Source of the DNA: Mobula hypostoma
Lineage: Eukaryota
Direction of reading: 5' to 3'
Assembly: GCF_963921235.1 (NCBI RefSeq)
Contig: NC_086097.1
Coordinates: forward strand, 168,146,001 to 168,210,000
Length of the DNA stretch: 64,000 nucleotides
The notes under the pieces were generated by a model. It made no database searches. It saw only the letters and a list, made by a program, of their open reading frames with translations, and had not been told where the DNA came from. This document shows positions 1 through 12,565 of this stretch, in pieces. Position 1 is the stretch's first letter. The number at the start of each line of letters is the position of its first letter. Both the position numbers and the translations under genes were made by a program.

Positions 1-39
1 TCAGATCCCTTTGGAGATGGATTCCTTTGGATTATGTTG

Positions 40-470
40 TCTGTTTAACTGAGATAGCACAAAGTGTTGACATAGTCAATGGAGGGGAGGCTGTTTTTTA
101 TGAGGTGCTGAGCTGTTTCCACAACTCTGCAGTTTATTGCAATCATGTGCAGAGAAGTTGCAATAGTAAGCTGTGATCCATTGAATTAGGATAACTTCCA
201 TCATGCATTTATAAAAATGTATGCCGAATTTCCTTAGCCTTCTGAGGAAGTAAAGGTGCTGGAGTGCTTTCTTGGCTCCATATAAGGACCATTATCACTG
301 ATGTTTACACCTAGGGTCTTGAAGCTTTCAACCATCTCCACCTCAGCAGCATGATGCTTACAGGGAAGTGTGCACTACTCCATTTTCTGAAAGCAACAAC
401 CAGCTTCTTTTGTTTTGCTGACCCTGAGGAAGAGGTTGTTGTCCTGACACAATGCCACCAGGCTCTCTAT
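40..470 (-). mobile_element. Rex1/Babar-type LINE fragment (RT C-terminal region), degenerate
   Basis: Minus strand reads DNNLFLRVSKTK, matching SNNLALNVSKTKEL in the better preserved copy at 43796..44470. Confidence 0.6.
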
Positions 471-1460
471 GAGCTTATTGTTGTGTATTTAATATATCAA
501 TAATATTTGAGTAAGATTGTAAATAAACTGTTTGATTAACAATTCTTTATTTGTTTAAATAATTCAGTACGGGTTATATTCTTTATTTAAATAATTCATT
601 ATGGGCTATATGTAAAAGTACATCAATGGTATATGTCATTATATCACCATGTCATAAGTGCGCATTTCACTAAAGTAACGAAGGAAGTAGACACAAGTCA
701 TCCTCAGCTCTCCTGTGTGTTTTTTTTCTTTCAGTTAACTTTTGGAATTACAAAACATAACGGTGATGATGAGTAAGTTTTAAAACAAACCTGAGAAAAC
801 TACCTACCTGTTGAAGCTCAGCGAGATGTGAAGGCGGAGCTTAGGAGAGTTAATGGTGCCTAACGGCGACTCCTTCACTTGCATCTTTGGAGACAGCTCT
901 ATTTCCATCTTTAATATCTCTATTTTTCCCTTTCAAGGTTCTTTTGAAGACCCCGACCTGGAATTACACGCTGACTACGGTTCTTTGCGGGAATGGGACC
1001 CGCTCTCGGGGTTTCACGACTGGCCGTTGTTCGGCATGACAAGGGCTCAGCCTAAGAGCTCTGCTCGCCTTTGGAGGACCAAGTTTTTGTGGTTCTGGAG
1101 AAGGGGGGGATTGGAGGTCGGTGCCTCTGCAGAAGATCGGTGTGTTGTGGGAGCTGGAAGATCTCTGGCTGAGATCTTTGGGCACAGGACTCGGAAAAAG
1201 TGAGGCAACAGACTTTTAACACCGTAAATCAGCAAGTTATTTGTTATGTCTCCCCTCTTGCTGTGAAACGGGGTGGCGGGTGCCAATGCTTTTTTGCTGG
1301 TGGGGGGAGAGGGAATTGTTGCTTGCTGCCGCTTACACTCAAGAGGGAGGGGAGTGGGGGGTACTTTGGAGTTCTAACATTTAACTGTCATCCATTCTTT
1401 GGGGGCACTCCTCTGTTTTCGTTGATGGTTGCGAAGAGAAAGCATTTCAGGATGTATATT

Positions 1461-1645
1461 AAAACAACAGGAATTCTGCAGATGCTGGAAATTCAAGCAA
1501 CACACATAAAAGTTGCTGGTGAACGCAGCAGGCCAGGCAGCATCTCTAGGAAGAGGTGCAGTCGATGTTTCAGGCCCAGACCCTTCATCAGGACCTCTTC
1601 CTAGAGATGCTGCCTGGCCTGCTGCGTTCACCAGCAACTTTTATG
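1461..1645. mobile_element. PLE-derived fold-back mini-element #1
   Basis: Perfect 53-bp inverted arms 1505..1557 / 1593..1645 with a 35-nt spacer; TSD caggatgtat(a/g)tt at 1448..1460 / 1646..1658; arms match the PLE 3' terminus at 39030..39125. Confidence 0.85.
1561..1594 (-). ncRNA. Minimal type I hammerhead ribozyme-like motif (also at 12711..12744)
   Basis: Minus strand GTC-CTGATGA-AGG gtctggg CCT-GAAA-CA-TC-GAC: core boxes, stem I GTC/GAC, stem II AGG/CCT. The stem III CG has decayed to CA. Confidence 0.6.
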
Positions 1646-1884
1646 CAGGATGTATGTTGTATACATTTCTCTGACATTAAATGTACCTTTGAAACCTCTG
1701 ACATGTTTGAGTTAATAAAAAGTGTGGCACATTTTTTTCCTTCAGAGCAGCACATGGTTTCTTTGTAAAAGGCAAGACAATTGAGTTTAAAAAAAGGCAG
1801 AAAAAAGATTAATTTCATAGGTTCATAAACAGAGAGTACTGAGTGATCATAATCATAAATAAATCATGCCATCCGAGTGCAATC

Positions 1885-2221
1885 CGGGTCATATTATGAT
1901 CGAGGAACATGTTTGTAGACTGGATATTGAACTTTTTACTGGTGGACTTCGGCCATATTCCGCCGAGGTACAACACAAGGCGGCACGGGAGGTCGTTCCT
2001 GCCTGTGGCCATCGAACTTGCAGCTGGAGGGTCAGACACCCTGAGCCAATAGACTGGTCCTGGACTTATTTTCCATCTGGCATAGTTTGCAGTTTGTTGT
2101 TTGATTGTTTGTGGCTTTTGTATTGCTATATTTATGCTCTATTTTTGGTTGGTGCAGCTGTAACGAAACCCAATTTCCCTCGGGATCAATAAAGTATATC
2201 TATCTATCTATCTATCTATCT
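1885..2221 (+). mobile_element. Short non-LTR/SINE-like repeat with Rex1/L2-type tail and (CTAT)n (copy at 13035..13371)
   Basis: Ends aatttccctcgggatcaataaagta(tcta)n. Confidence 0.55.
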
Positions 2222-2234
2222 AAAAAAAGCAGAA

Positions 2235-4370
2235 ATAGCTGGCTACATTGGAAAGATAGTTACATTTGATTGCTCAAGAGATAACTAGATATTGTATACT
2301 GAGTGAATTGAGCAGTATTTTGAAGCAAACTACCTAAGCGAGTGTCAATTTTACAGAGTGTAAAGGTGGAAGAGCATACAGTTTGCTTTGAAGTTTGAAT
2401 GCTTTAACCAAACTAGCCAAAACAAGCTTTACTGATATCATGAAAGTAATGCAGGAAGATATAGAACCAAAACCATTGTTGATTGCAGAATCCTTTAGGT
2501 TTCATAAGCAGAATCACAAGGAAGGGAAGACAATTTCACCTTACACGGCTAAATTGAAGGAAGTGTCTAAGCATTGCCAGTTCAGTAATGGACTTAATGA
2601 TACATTGACAGATTTTTCAGTTTGTGAAATCTTACAAGAAAGCATTCAAGAATGGTTCTCAACTGAAGCACAACTCATTTAAAAGAGCAGGTGAAATTGC
2701 AGTATCAATAGAAATAGTAGACAGAGACACAATTGAGTTGCAGTCAGAAGCGAAAGTGAGAGAGAACAAAATTGCAACAGCTAAATAGAAACTTACCTGG
2801 ACAAACAAATTTTGTTACCATTGTGGCATGGGCTCACATACACCAGACCAATGCAGGTTTAAAGGTGAAACTTACAGAAAATGCAACAAAGTAGAACATA
2901 TACGAGCATTGTGAGGTCATGATTGGGTGAGACAATTACAACTTGATTGGAGTTCTATTCACCACTTGTGTGCTACATCCCCTGCAATAGATTCTACTGA
3001 AAGCAAATTAAGAAATATATTGGATGATGTCACAGTAGTGTTCAAGGATGGTATTGGAAAACTTATACATATAAAGGGTAACATTGTGTTAAATGAAAAT
3101 GCCACTCCCAAGTATTACAAAGCCCATCTGGTTCCTTATACAATCCATGGTAAAGTAGCCAGTGAGCAAGATTGCATGGAGGCAGTAAGAATTCTTTCCA
3201 ACGTTGAGTGGAGCCAATGGGCAATGCCAGTGGTCCCAGTATCCAAGAAGAATGGTTCTGCCAGGCTCTGTGGTGATTTTAAGGTTACCATCAACCCAGT
3301 ACTGAATGTAGATCAATGCCCACTGCCCAGGATAGCGGATATCTTTGAAAACCTTTCTGGAGGAAAAGCAGAAAAGTTAAGTGGATTTATCTGAAGCCTA
3401 CCTACAGATGGAGATGGAAGAAGAATCCAAAGTGTTTCTCACCATAAACACTCACAACGGGCTTTATCACTATAATAGGCTTATATTTGGAGTGGCATCT
3501 GCATCTGCACTCTGGCAGAAAGCTGTGGACCAGGTGCTGCAAGGCTGCCCTGGCACTCAGTGTTACCTGGATGACATCATTGTCATCAATGAAGATGACA
3601 AGGAACATTTCCAAAATCTCAAGACAGTGTTAAAAATTAGAAGATTATGGGCTCAGAGCAGGATGCAACAAGTGTGACTTTTTAAAACCAAGCATCACTT
3701 ACTGTGGTCACATCATTGATGCACAAGGATTACACAAGTGTGCTGAGAAAATTCAAGCAGTGGTGGATGCCTGAATGCCAAAGACAAGTCACAGTTTCGA
3801 TCCATTTTAGGATTTGTTAGTTACTATATCAGATTCCTGCCAAACCTGACTATTTTGCTCCACGCCTTGAACTCATTACTACTGATTGGGTAGAAATGGC
3901 ATTCAAAAGGGTAAAGAAAATGATGACATCAGACACTGCATTCACATATTATGACCATATCATCCTGTGAAGCTTGCCTGTGATGCCTTGCCTTATGATA
4001 TAGGTGTAGTCATGTCACATGATATGAGTGACAGAAAAGTGAACACCCCATAATCTTTGCATCATATTCCTTTACAATCAACAACTAATTTCCATTTTCA
4101 ATCTACAGAAGAGCGTTCCATTAAATGTGCAGCAGAAACTCTAGTCCCCCCCAGTTTGACCAGTGCCAGGATGAACGTGCCCTTGATGGAGGTTGTCTTG
4201 TGTACGGATTGAGAGTTGTTGTGGAATTCAAGCTGAGAGCTAAAGTGTTGTACATGTTGGTCATCTGGGTATGGTCAAAGCTTGGTGTGGTTGCCTGGGA
4301 TAGATCAGCAGATCGTGCAGATTGCCCTGCACTGTTCGGGCTGCCAACAAGACCGGAAGATGCCAGGAGC
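2235..4370 (+). pseudogene. Gypsy gag-pol remnant (gag, zinc knuckle, RT, RNase H/integrase fragments)
   Basis: EPKPLLIAESFRFHK (gag); PVVPVSKKNGSARLCGDFKVTIN, DLSEAYLQ and YLDDIIV (RT); VWLPGIDQQI...C..CQ (integrase zinc-binding part). Confidence 0.88.
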
Positions 4371-4861
4371 ATCTAGGAGAAGCAAAAAGAAAGGAGAACA
4401 ATGGTGTCCTAAGCTGTCAGAACCAGCTTCTGCAGGCCCAGAGTCAACTGTAAATATATGGTTTTAATTCAGCATTCTCTGTTTAAATAATTCATTATGG
4501 GCTATACGTAAACGTACTTAAAAGGCATATGTAATTACATCACCATGTCATAAGTGTGCGTCTTGCTAAAGTAAAAATAAAACTAGGCACAAGTTATCCC
4601 CAGCTCTCCCGTGTTTTTTTTCTTGCAATTAATTTTTGGAGTTACCAAACATAACACTTCGTATACTCACCACCACTTCATCTCCTCCTTCTCCAGGGAA
4701 ATTAGAGTTGGTCAATAGATGCTGAGCTAACCAGTGAGGGCAACACCCTGAAAATGAACAATGAAAATCTGTCCAATATCCACAAGGAACTGTAGTGATA
4801 GATGTAAGAAAGCACAATGGTATGCCAGGTGGTGTGACTGTTTCCTCGATCCAATACATAC

Positions 4862-5190
4862 AACATTGAACATAGAAATCTACAGCACATTACAGGCCCT
4901 TCTGCCCACAATGTTATGATGACCATGTAACCTACTCTAAAAACTACTTTGAATTACCCTACTGTGTAGCCTCTATTTTTCTAAGTTCTCTTAAAAGACA
5001 ATATTGTATCCACCTCTACCACTGTTGCTGGCAGTGCATTGCACACACTCACCAGTCTGTATGTGAAAAACTTACCTCTGACATTCCCTCAGTACCTACT
5101 TTCAAGCACCTTAAAACTATACCCCCTTCTGTTAGCCATTTCAGCCCTGGGAAAAAGCCTCTGGCTATCCACACGACCAATGCCTCTCAT
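4862..5190 (-). mobile_element. CR1 LINE 3' fragment (copy at 16012..16340)
   Basis: Similar to the CR1 3' end at 6602..6930 (gcaccttaaaact...gccatttcagccctggga). Confidence 0.7.
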
Positions 5191-6126
5191 CAGCTTGCGA
5201 TTCATTCTAAAGTTGTCTATGTGTGCAGTTTGCACATTCTCCCAGTGCTTTTGCTTCCTCCGACATTCCAGAAAACATACCCATTATTCCGCTAATTGGT
5301 TATTGTAAATTACCCCCAATATATGCAGCAGTTGGAGGGAATGAGTGGGGTGGGTTGTTAACGGGGCATGTGTGAGAGAATAGGGTATCAGGAAAATAAA
5401 TAGGGGAATAGGGATGGGATTGGCCTGTGTACTAGAAATGTCCTGATGAACCAAATAGCTTCCTTGTGTATCATCAAGAAATATGAAAAGTACATGCCAT
5501 TACAGACGAGGAACCACAATCAGAAACTGAACAGATTTTTGTTCCCTCTTTTCCTCTCATCTGTTAGCAGCTCCCATGAAAAGGATTTTACAACAGGAGC
5601 AGTTTAACAGATCAATGACTAAATTGGCAAGTTTGATTTGTCCATTTATACTGTTTGCGTCGACATGTTTCCTTGTCATTCAAAGTGAATACATAATATG
5701 TGGGATCTGAATTTCGTCAGCCAGCCTGCCTTTCCTGCTGATTCTGCATTCAATGGATTTATTGTTTCAATGAGGCAACAGAGAAGCAGCTGCTTCTTTT
5801 GGTGGGTGCACAGCTATTTGAAAAACCGCATTAACAGCTTTACAAATAATCATTATTACCTCCATAGAAGTTTACACTCTGCTAATGCCGTTCATTAATA
5901 TGGATAGGAGTGGACAACTGATGTTGTCCAAGATGGACATAGAATATCCTTAGGAGCAGTTTGAAAGAAGAGGAGGGTTCTCAGCCAATATTTATCACTA
6001 TATTTTCAATCAATATCGCCAAATAGAGAGTATCACATCACATTGTGGGAGCTTTCTGCTCAAAATAATGAAATAAACCACATTGATTTGTTTTCCTTAA
6101 AAACTAAAGTATGTCATTAGCTGGAA

Positions 6127-6320
6127 CACACATCAAAGTTGCTGGTGAACACAGCAGGCCAGGCAGCATCTCTAGGAAGAGGTACAGTCGACGTTTCAGG
6201 CCGAGACCCTCTTGGCCTGAAACGTCGACTGTACCTCTTCCTAGAGATGCTGCCTGGCCTGCTGCGTTCACCAGCAACTTTGATGTGTGTTGCTTGAATT
6301 TCCAGCATCTGCAGAATTCC
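6127..6320. mobile_element. PLE-derived fold-back mini-element #2
   Basis: 78-bp arms 6125..6202 / 6214..6291 with one mismatch and an 11-nt loop; TSD tgtcattag(c/t)tggaa at 6112..6126 / 6321..6335. Confidence 0.88.
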
Positions 6321-6601
6321 TGTCATTAGTTGGAAAATGCTTTAGGACATCAAAGGTTAAAAAGAAGTGCAAGGAGAGGATCACTGTTTAAATATAGTGG
6401 ATCAATCACTGAAAACAGAAATGAGGTGAAACTTTTGTCATTCACAGGGGCATAAGGCTTTGGAACTTCCTGAGATCCAGAGATAATATATGTTTATCAT
6501 ATTGTGTTACATTGCTGGCACCAGCTAGAATAATATTTAGCCAGTAAAATTTAGGCAAGAGAGATGGAAATGCTCCTGGATTCAGCTGTTTCGAGCGGTT
6601 G

Positions 6602-7325
6602 TTAGAAACATAGAAAACCCACAGCACAATACAGGCCTATGCTGGACATGTACTTACTTTAGAAATTACCTAGGGTTACCCATAGCCCTCTGTTTTACTG
6701 AGCTCCATATACCTGTCCAGGAGTCTCTTAAAAGACCCTATTGTATCCACCTCCACCACCGTCGATGGCAGCCCATTCCATGCACTCACCACTCTCTGCG
6801 TAAAAACTTACCCCTGACATCTCCTCTGTACCTATTTCCAAGCACCTTAAAACTGTGCCCTCTCATGTTAGCCATTTCAGCCCTGGGAGAAAGCCTCTGA
6901 CTACCCACACGATCAATGCCTCTCATCATCTTATACAGGTCAACTCTCATCCTCCGCCACTCCAAGGAGAAAAGGCTGAGTTCACTCAACCTGTTATCGT
7001 AAGGCATGCTCCCCAATCCAGGCAACGTCCTTGTAAATCTCCTTTGCACCCTTTCTATAGTTGCCACATCTTTCCTGTAGTGAGGTGACCAGAACTGAGC
7101 ACAGTACTCCAAGTGGGGTCTGACCAGGGTCCTATATAATTGTAACATTACCCTTTTGCTCCTAAACTCAATCCCACGGTTGATTAAGGCCAATGCATCG
7201 TATGCCTTCTTAACCACAGAGTCAACCTGTGCAGCAGCTTTGAGTGTCCTATGGACTTGGACCCTAAGATCCCTCTGATCCTCCACACTGCCAAGAGTCT
7301 TACCATTAATACTGTATTCTGTCAA
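6602..7325 (-). mobile_element. CR1 LINE 3' fragment (ORF2 C-terminus)
   Basis: LQLYRTLVRPHLEYCAQFWSPHYRKDVATIERVQRRFTR motif; (ttctatg)-type tail. Confidence 0.9.
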
Positions 7326-7529
7326 TGAAGCACTTAATCTTGTTCTGGATTATTATTTTGAGGCCTAGACTAAAACATGAGTTCAAATTGAACACTGGCA
7401 GCTGGGAAATTAAAATTCAATGAACTAAATCTGTAATTAAAGCAAGAAAGCCGGCTTCAGTAATGATGACTACAAGACTGACAGTAAAACCCCATACTGA
7501 ATGAAAGTGACTCCAGATTCACAGCAGTT

Positions 7530-8040
7530 AGGTTGTGAGTCAAGGAGGAGGTACTGGACTTGAGGATACACACTCAACATTTTAGGAACAGCTTTTATTT
7601 ATTTATTTGTTGATATGCTGCACGAAATAGGCCCTTTGAGCCACACTGCCCAGCAACCCCTCCCCCGGACGTCATCCGAGCCTAATCATGCGACAATTTA
7701 CAATGGCCAATTAACCTACTAATTGGTATGCCTTTGAACTGTGGGAGGAAACCCATGCAGTCATGTGGAGAATATACAGGCAATGGCAGAAATTGATCCC
7801 GGGTCATTGGTACTGTAAAACATTGTACTAATGCCTATGCTACCATGCCACCCCATTTTCCTTCAGATTTCTAAACAGTTCATGAACACTACCCCACTAT
7901 TTTCCTCTCTTTTTGCACTATTTATTTATTATACTGTAGTTTCTTATCGCTTTTATTTGTTTTACATTGTACTGCTGCCACAAAACAACAAATTTCATGG
8001 TTTGTGTCAGTGATAATAAACCTGATTCTGATTCTGAATC
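7530..8040 (+). mobile_element. Rex1/Babar 3' tail interrupted by a minus-strand V-SINE-like insert (~7615..7855); copy at +11150
   Basis: ttttaggaacagcttt...tcagatttctaaac...gataataaacctgattctgattctga tail; insert has gtgggaggaaacc and caatttacaatggccaattaacc. Confidence 0.55.
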
Positions 8041-8060
8041 ACTGGCCCCCATCACCCTGT

Positions 8061-8360
8061 CTCAATAGACAATAGACAATAAGTGCAGGAGTAGGCCATT
8101 CGGCCCTTTGAGCCAGCGCCGCCATTCACTGTGATCATGGCTGATCATCCACAATCAGTATCCAGTTCCTGCCTTATCCCCATAACCTTTGATTCCACTA
8201 TCTTTAAGAGCTCTATCCATCTCTTTCTTGAAAGCATCCAGAGACTTGGCCTCCACAGCCTTCTGGGGCAGAGCATTCCATATATCCACCACTCTCTGGG
8301 TGAAAAAGTTTTTCCTCAACTCCATTCTAAATGGCCTACCCCTTATTCTTAAACTGTGGC
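8061..8360 (-). mobile_element. CR1 LINE 3' end (copy at 19211..19510)
   Basis: GHSLRIRGRPFRMELRKNFFTQRVVDIWNALP; (ctattgt)n tail. Confidence 0.88.
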
Positions 8361-8745
8361 CTCCTCCCCCTCTCCAGCTGCTCATCAGCCACACACCCTC
8401 CCTTTGGTTCCCTTCCTCACCTTCTTTCCTTAATTCAGCTGTCCACCGTCTTCTCCTAAAGAGATTTCATTTTCTTCAGTCCTTTGTCACTTCCACCCCT
8501 CAGCTCCAAGCTTCTTACCACATTCCCATTGTCCCCTCTCCTTCACCTGCCTATCATCCTCCCCTCACCTGGATCCACCTATCACCTGCTTCACTCTGCC
8601 CTCCCACCAATGTATAGAGGCTATCTCTCTTCTTCCTCTCCAGTCTGAATGAAAGACCTCGACTCAAAATGTTGCCTGTACTTTTCCCACCACAAATACT
8701 GCCAGAACTTCCTGAGCTCCTCCAGCTCCTTTGAATGTTGCTCAG
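8361..8745 (+). mobile_element. Old PLE 3'-UTR fragment (copy at +11150)
   Basis: Pyrimidine-rich tract followed by a degenerate hammerhead/tail, similar to 38745..39125. Confidence 0.55.
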
Positions 8746-10239
8746 AAGAAGGTACATCAGGTCTGAGCAGAATGAGTCACAGAGTCAGAGAACACTACAA
8801 CACAGAAACTGGCATTTTGTCCAAGTCAGACTATTACTCTGTCTAGTTTCATTGATTGTATCCAGACCCCTTCATACCCCTCAATGCCCCTCAGAGGGTT
8901 TTGGGAAGATCTGAGCGGAGGTCAAACTGGTCGGAGTGGACCTTTAGAATTCTGGCCTCTGAACGAGATCACCTTGGACTTTGGCCCCTGTGATCTAATT
9001 CACACCCATCACCTCTTTAAATGCTAATTGATTTAGATATGCAACAACTTAATTGCCCGAGATTTCAAAGGCCTCCATGATTTCAGTGCTTCTTTATCCA
9101 CCTACTCCCACCCAGCTTAAAAACTCCTTAGGATGTCTGTGCTTCTTCAAGCCAGGCCTCCCGTCTATTCCTGAATTGACCTGATCTACGTGTGGGAACT
9201 GTTGTGTTGTTGGAGGCTGTAATTCACTCCCTAAACTTCTCAGCTTCTCTAGTTTACTTTACAAAAATAGCTGCCACTTTCTAGAAAGGACTGAAGAAGG
9301 GTCTTAGCCTGAAATGGCAACTGTTCACTTCCCTCCATAGATGCTGTCTGACACTTAGGTTCCTCCACCTTTTTGAGTGTTGTTCTTTTGAAGAAATCTT
9401 TGGATTATTTTAAAGACCAAAACTGCTGCTGAGACTGGACATCTGAAATAAAAATTTAAAAATGTTGAAAACACCCAAAGTTCAAAATTCAAAGTAAATA
9501 TATTGTTTAAGTACGTAAATGACACCACGTACAACCTTGAGATTCTTCTTTTTTTGCAGGCATACTCGATAAATCCAATAACCATAATAGAACCAATGAA
9601 AGACCACACCAACTGGGCACTCAACCAGTGTGCAAAAGACTACAAGCTGTGCAAATACAAAAATAATGGAGAAATAATAACAATAATTATTATAAATAAG
9701 CAATAAATATCAAGAACATGAGATGAAGAGTCCTTGAAAATGAGCTTAACAGGTTTGTTACCCAGACATGGAAAGAGAAACAGAGTTAGTGTTTCAGGCT
9801 GGAGCCATTTTGTCAGAACTGGTACAGAGACGAAATTAGTTCATTTTAATTTGATGCGGTGCGGCGATAGTTGAGGGATGAAGGAAATATCACAGAAAGG
9901 GCAAAGCCAAGCCTGTACTGGGGATAAGCTACTGATGAAGTCATCTGATTGATATACCGACATTTCTGTTCATAAAAAGAACCATAGATGCTGGAAATTT
10001 GAAATAAAAACAGGAAATGCTGGCATCCGTGCAGAGAGAAACAGTTAATGCCTCAGCTCAGATTACTGTTTCTCCAGGTGCTGCCTGGCCCACTGACCAT
10101 TATGAGCATTTAGTATTTTTACTTCAGCTCTCTATTTGCATATGGGCTTGGGGTCAGGTCAACACTGGATGATACTTGGCCCTTATTTCCTTTAATGGCT
10201 ACAATTTTCTATATTTCCCAAATCCTGATGGGACATTTA

Positions 10240-11010
10240 GTGGAAATAGCACATTAGGAGCACTGATGCACAGGGAAACATTGGAGTGTGTCCATAGCTC
10301 CCTGAATGCGTCAGCAAAGGTGGATAAGGTGATGTGGAAGGCATTTCGTATGACCGCCTTCATAGGCCGAGGCACTAATTCTAAGAGTTAGGATATCATG
10401 TTGCAGTTGTATAAAACATTGCTCAGATTGCATTTGGAGTATTGTGTATAATTTTGACAACCACACCATAGACAGCAATAAAGAAAATGTGGAAGATTTA
10501 GGAACACTTTCTTTCCCTTTGCCATCAGATTTCTGAATGGTCTATGAGCCAATGAAAACTCCCCTATTACTCCTGCGTTTACCTCTATTTATTTATCCTT
10601 CAAATGTACAGATTTTATGTATTGCTGCCACAAAATAACAAATTACATGTCATATATCAGTGATAATGAACTTGATTCTGATTTCGAGAAGATTTGCCAG
10701 AATGTTGCCTGGTTGTAATAACAAGGAGAGATCAGATAGTCTGTTTATTCTCACTGGAGCATAGGGGACCAAGGAGTAATCTTATAGAGATTTATAAAAT
10801 CATGAAGGGCAAATATAGGATAGGCAGTCAGAATATTGTATTTCACAGAGCAGGGAAATGTAGAGGTTGCAGGCACAGGTTTGAGATAAGATGGGAGAAA
10901 GGGTAATTTTTTTCACACAGAAGTGCTGGTTATATGGAATGATCGACTAAAGGAGGTTGTGGAGTCAGATACTATTACAACAGTTAGCAGGCATTTGGCT
11001 GGCAGATGGC
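10240..11010 (+). mobile_element. Degenerate CR1 3' fragment with an inserted Rex1/Babar tail (copy at +11150)
   Basis: KVDKVM.KAF.M.AFIGRG and LFSLEHRG.RSNLIEIYKIMKG remnants. Confidence 0.65.
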
Positions 11011-11199
11011 ATTAGTAGATTTGAATTAGTAGATAATGTGTTTGGTTTATCATTGCTAAATGTACCAAGATACAGTGAAAAGCTTGTCTTGCTTGCTGTT
11101 TATATAAATCGTTACACAGTGCATTGAGGTAGAACAAGGTAAATCAATAACAATGCAGAATAATGTCTTCAGAGAAAGTGCAGAGCAGTAAACAATAAA

Positions 11200-11760
11200 A
11201 TGAAGGTCAGATCATAACGCGGTAGATCGTGGGTTCAAAGTCCGTCTTATCGTTGGCCAATGTGCTATATCCGGATAATTTGCTTTGCTGTGGGGATACT
11301 GTACCTGTCGAGAAGGCGCTGCATAAGCGGCGGTTGTTGTTGTTAAGCATCGACGCACGCTAGAGTGCAGCAGAGAGAGAGGAAGAGTGTTGGTGTGTGT
11401 GCTGATAGACTCGGGCCACCCATCCGCAGTCCAGCGCAGCAGAGGAGCGGATCGGTCAGCGTGCAGGGGGATGGCGGGGTTGGAAGAGAAGGACAGCGAG
11501 CAGCTGCTGAAGCAGTGTCTCCACGCGGCGGTAGAGGTGGCGTTGGAGGCCGGTCAGGTGAGCGTTCAGGTGTCCCGGGTTTCCGGTGGGCGGATAGACG
11601 GGCCACTTCACGCAGTGGCAGCCCAGGCGCCTTTAATCCAACTATGTACTTCAGGAGATTAATCTTATATTCAACGGCACATACACATTCTTGTTAGTTT
11701 GCAGCGGGGGGGGGGGCTGGTGTGGCGGATGGCTTTATTTTTCTTCTACATCGGGAGCTG
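11200..11760 (+). promoter_or_regulatory. Duplicated CpG-rich promoter/5'UTR of IMPA2 (copy a)
   Basis: Copy of the promoter above at offset 11150, with an extra 9 bp at 11589..11597. Confidence 0.65.
11471..11557 (+). CDS. IMPA2: Identical duplicate of IMPA2 coding exon 1 (upstream copy, 1a)
   Basis: Same sequence as 22621..22707 at offset 11150, with ATG and CAG|GTGAGC donor intact. Confidence 0.8.
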
Positions 11761-12565
11761 TTTTGTAATCCGAAATTATAAAAAAAATTAAGCTAGCTTC
11801 TGTTCCGTTTTCTAGACGGACGGTTGGTTAATAATAACGAAAAAGTTTGATTATATTGCTGAAAACCAGCCTTGTATTAACCATCTACTAGGCCGGAAGG
11901 GGGGATGGGGAGTTTGTAAAAGGAACCGCTCGTACGTTATACTGTGTGTCTTTGACATTTCGAAGAATCTTGTGGGGTTGAACTATTTTTGGTGAGGTTG
12001 CTTTCAGATGTTTAGCACCCTTCAATCCACGTTTCTGTAACATATTTGTTGAAAATACAAACAGGAAGTACGCTAAAGTACCTGTTTTAACAAGAATGCC
12101 GTGTACTGCTGTTACCTCGATTGGCTAAGGCGAGCCTTAGACTGATGAATGTCATCAGGACCTTGAGATCATACTGCACCATGTTCGTAGTGTGCTGGTT
12201 TCTACGCCTGTTCTGAACTACAATCACATTGGCGGTGCTGTAATCTGTTGCATAATTATTCTTCTTTGAAACCCTAATGACTATAAGGCAATAAACTGAA
12301 GTCTTATGGCAGAATTCTGATCAGCAAGTATAAATTGGTAGCGGTGAGAAAACTTTATGATTCCGGAACAGGCGCGATGGCTACAGAAATGTGGGTGTGA
12401 GTGGAAGAGAAAGGGCAGAGGTTTTAAGATGTTACGGAGTAAATGCACAGAAAAATGCTTCCACTTAGAGGGCGTCAGAAGAGCAAGAGTCATCATGGGG
12501 GAAAAACGTCTTCAGTCTGAGAGTGGTTTCAGTTAAGACTGCCTGCCCCATGGACGAGTTTGGAA

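Larger units (their letters stand above)
830..1697 (+). repeat. Unclassified interspersed repeat inserted in the Gypsy leader; host of the first hairpin
   Basis: GC-richer block interrupting the AT-rich Gypsy leader; ends with attaaa-tgtacctttgaaacc, resembling a non-LTR 3' end; no recognisable protein motif. Confidence 0.4.
479..4656 (+). mobile_element. Old Gypsy (Mag/K02A2.6-like) LTR retrotransposon, decayed, with nested inserts
   Basis: Diverged LTR pair ~479..761 and ~4449..4656 (shared tttaaataattcattatgggctata...aacataac); internal gag and pol remnants with stops and frameshifts. Confidence 0.85.

Noticed and set aside
853..1604. 116-aa and 134-aa ORFs as a host gene
   Set aside because: No recognisable domain or splice structure; they lie in a repeat and run into the hairpin element.
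1461..1645. Hairpins as DNA-transposon MITEs or miRNA genes
   Set aside because: Arms are asymmetric and match PLE 3' ends, TSDs are long and variable, and there is no expression evidence.
11365..11697. Longer ORFs overlapping exon 1 (110 aa, 91 aa and the antisense ORF; also in copy 2)
   Set aside because: Non-ATG starts or GC-rich open frames; only the 29 codons from ATG to the GT donor match IMPA2.
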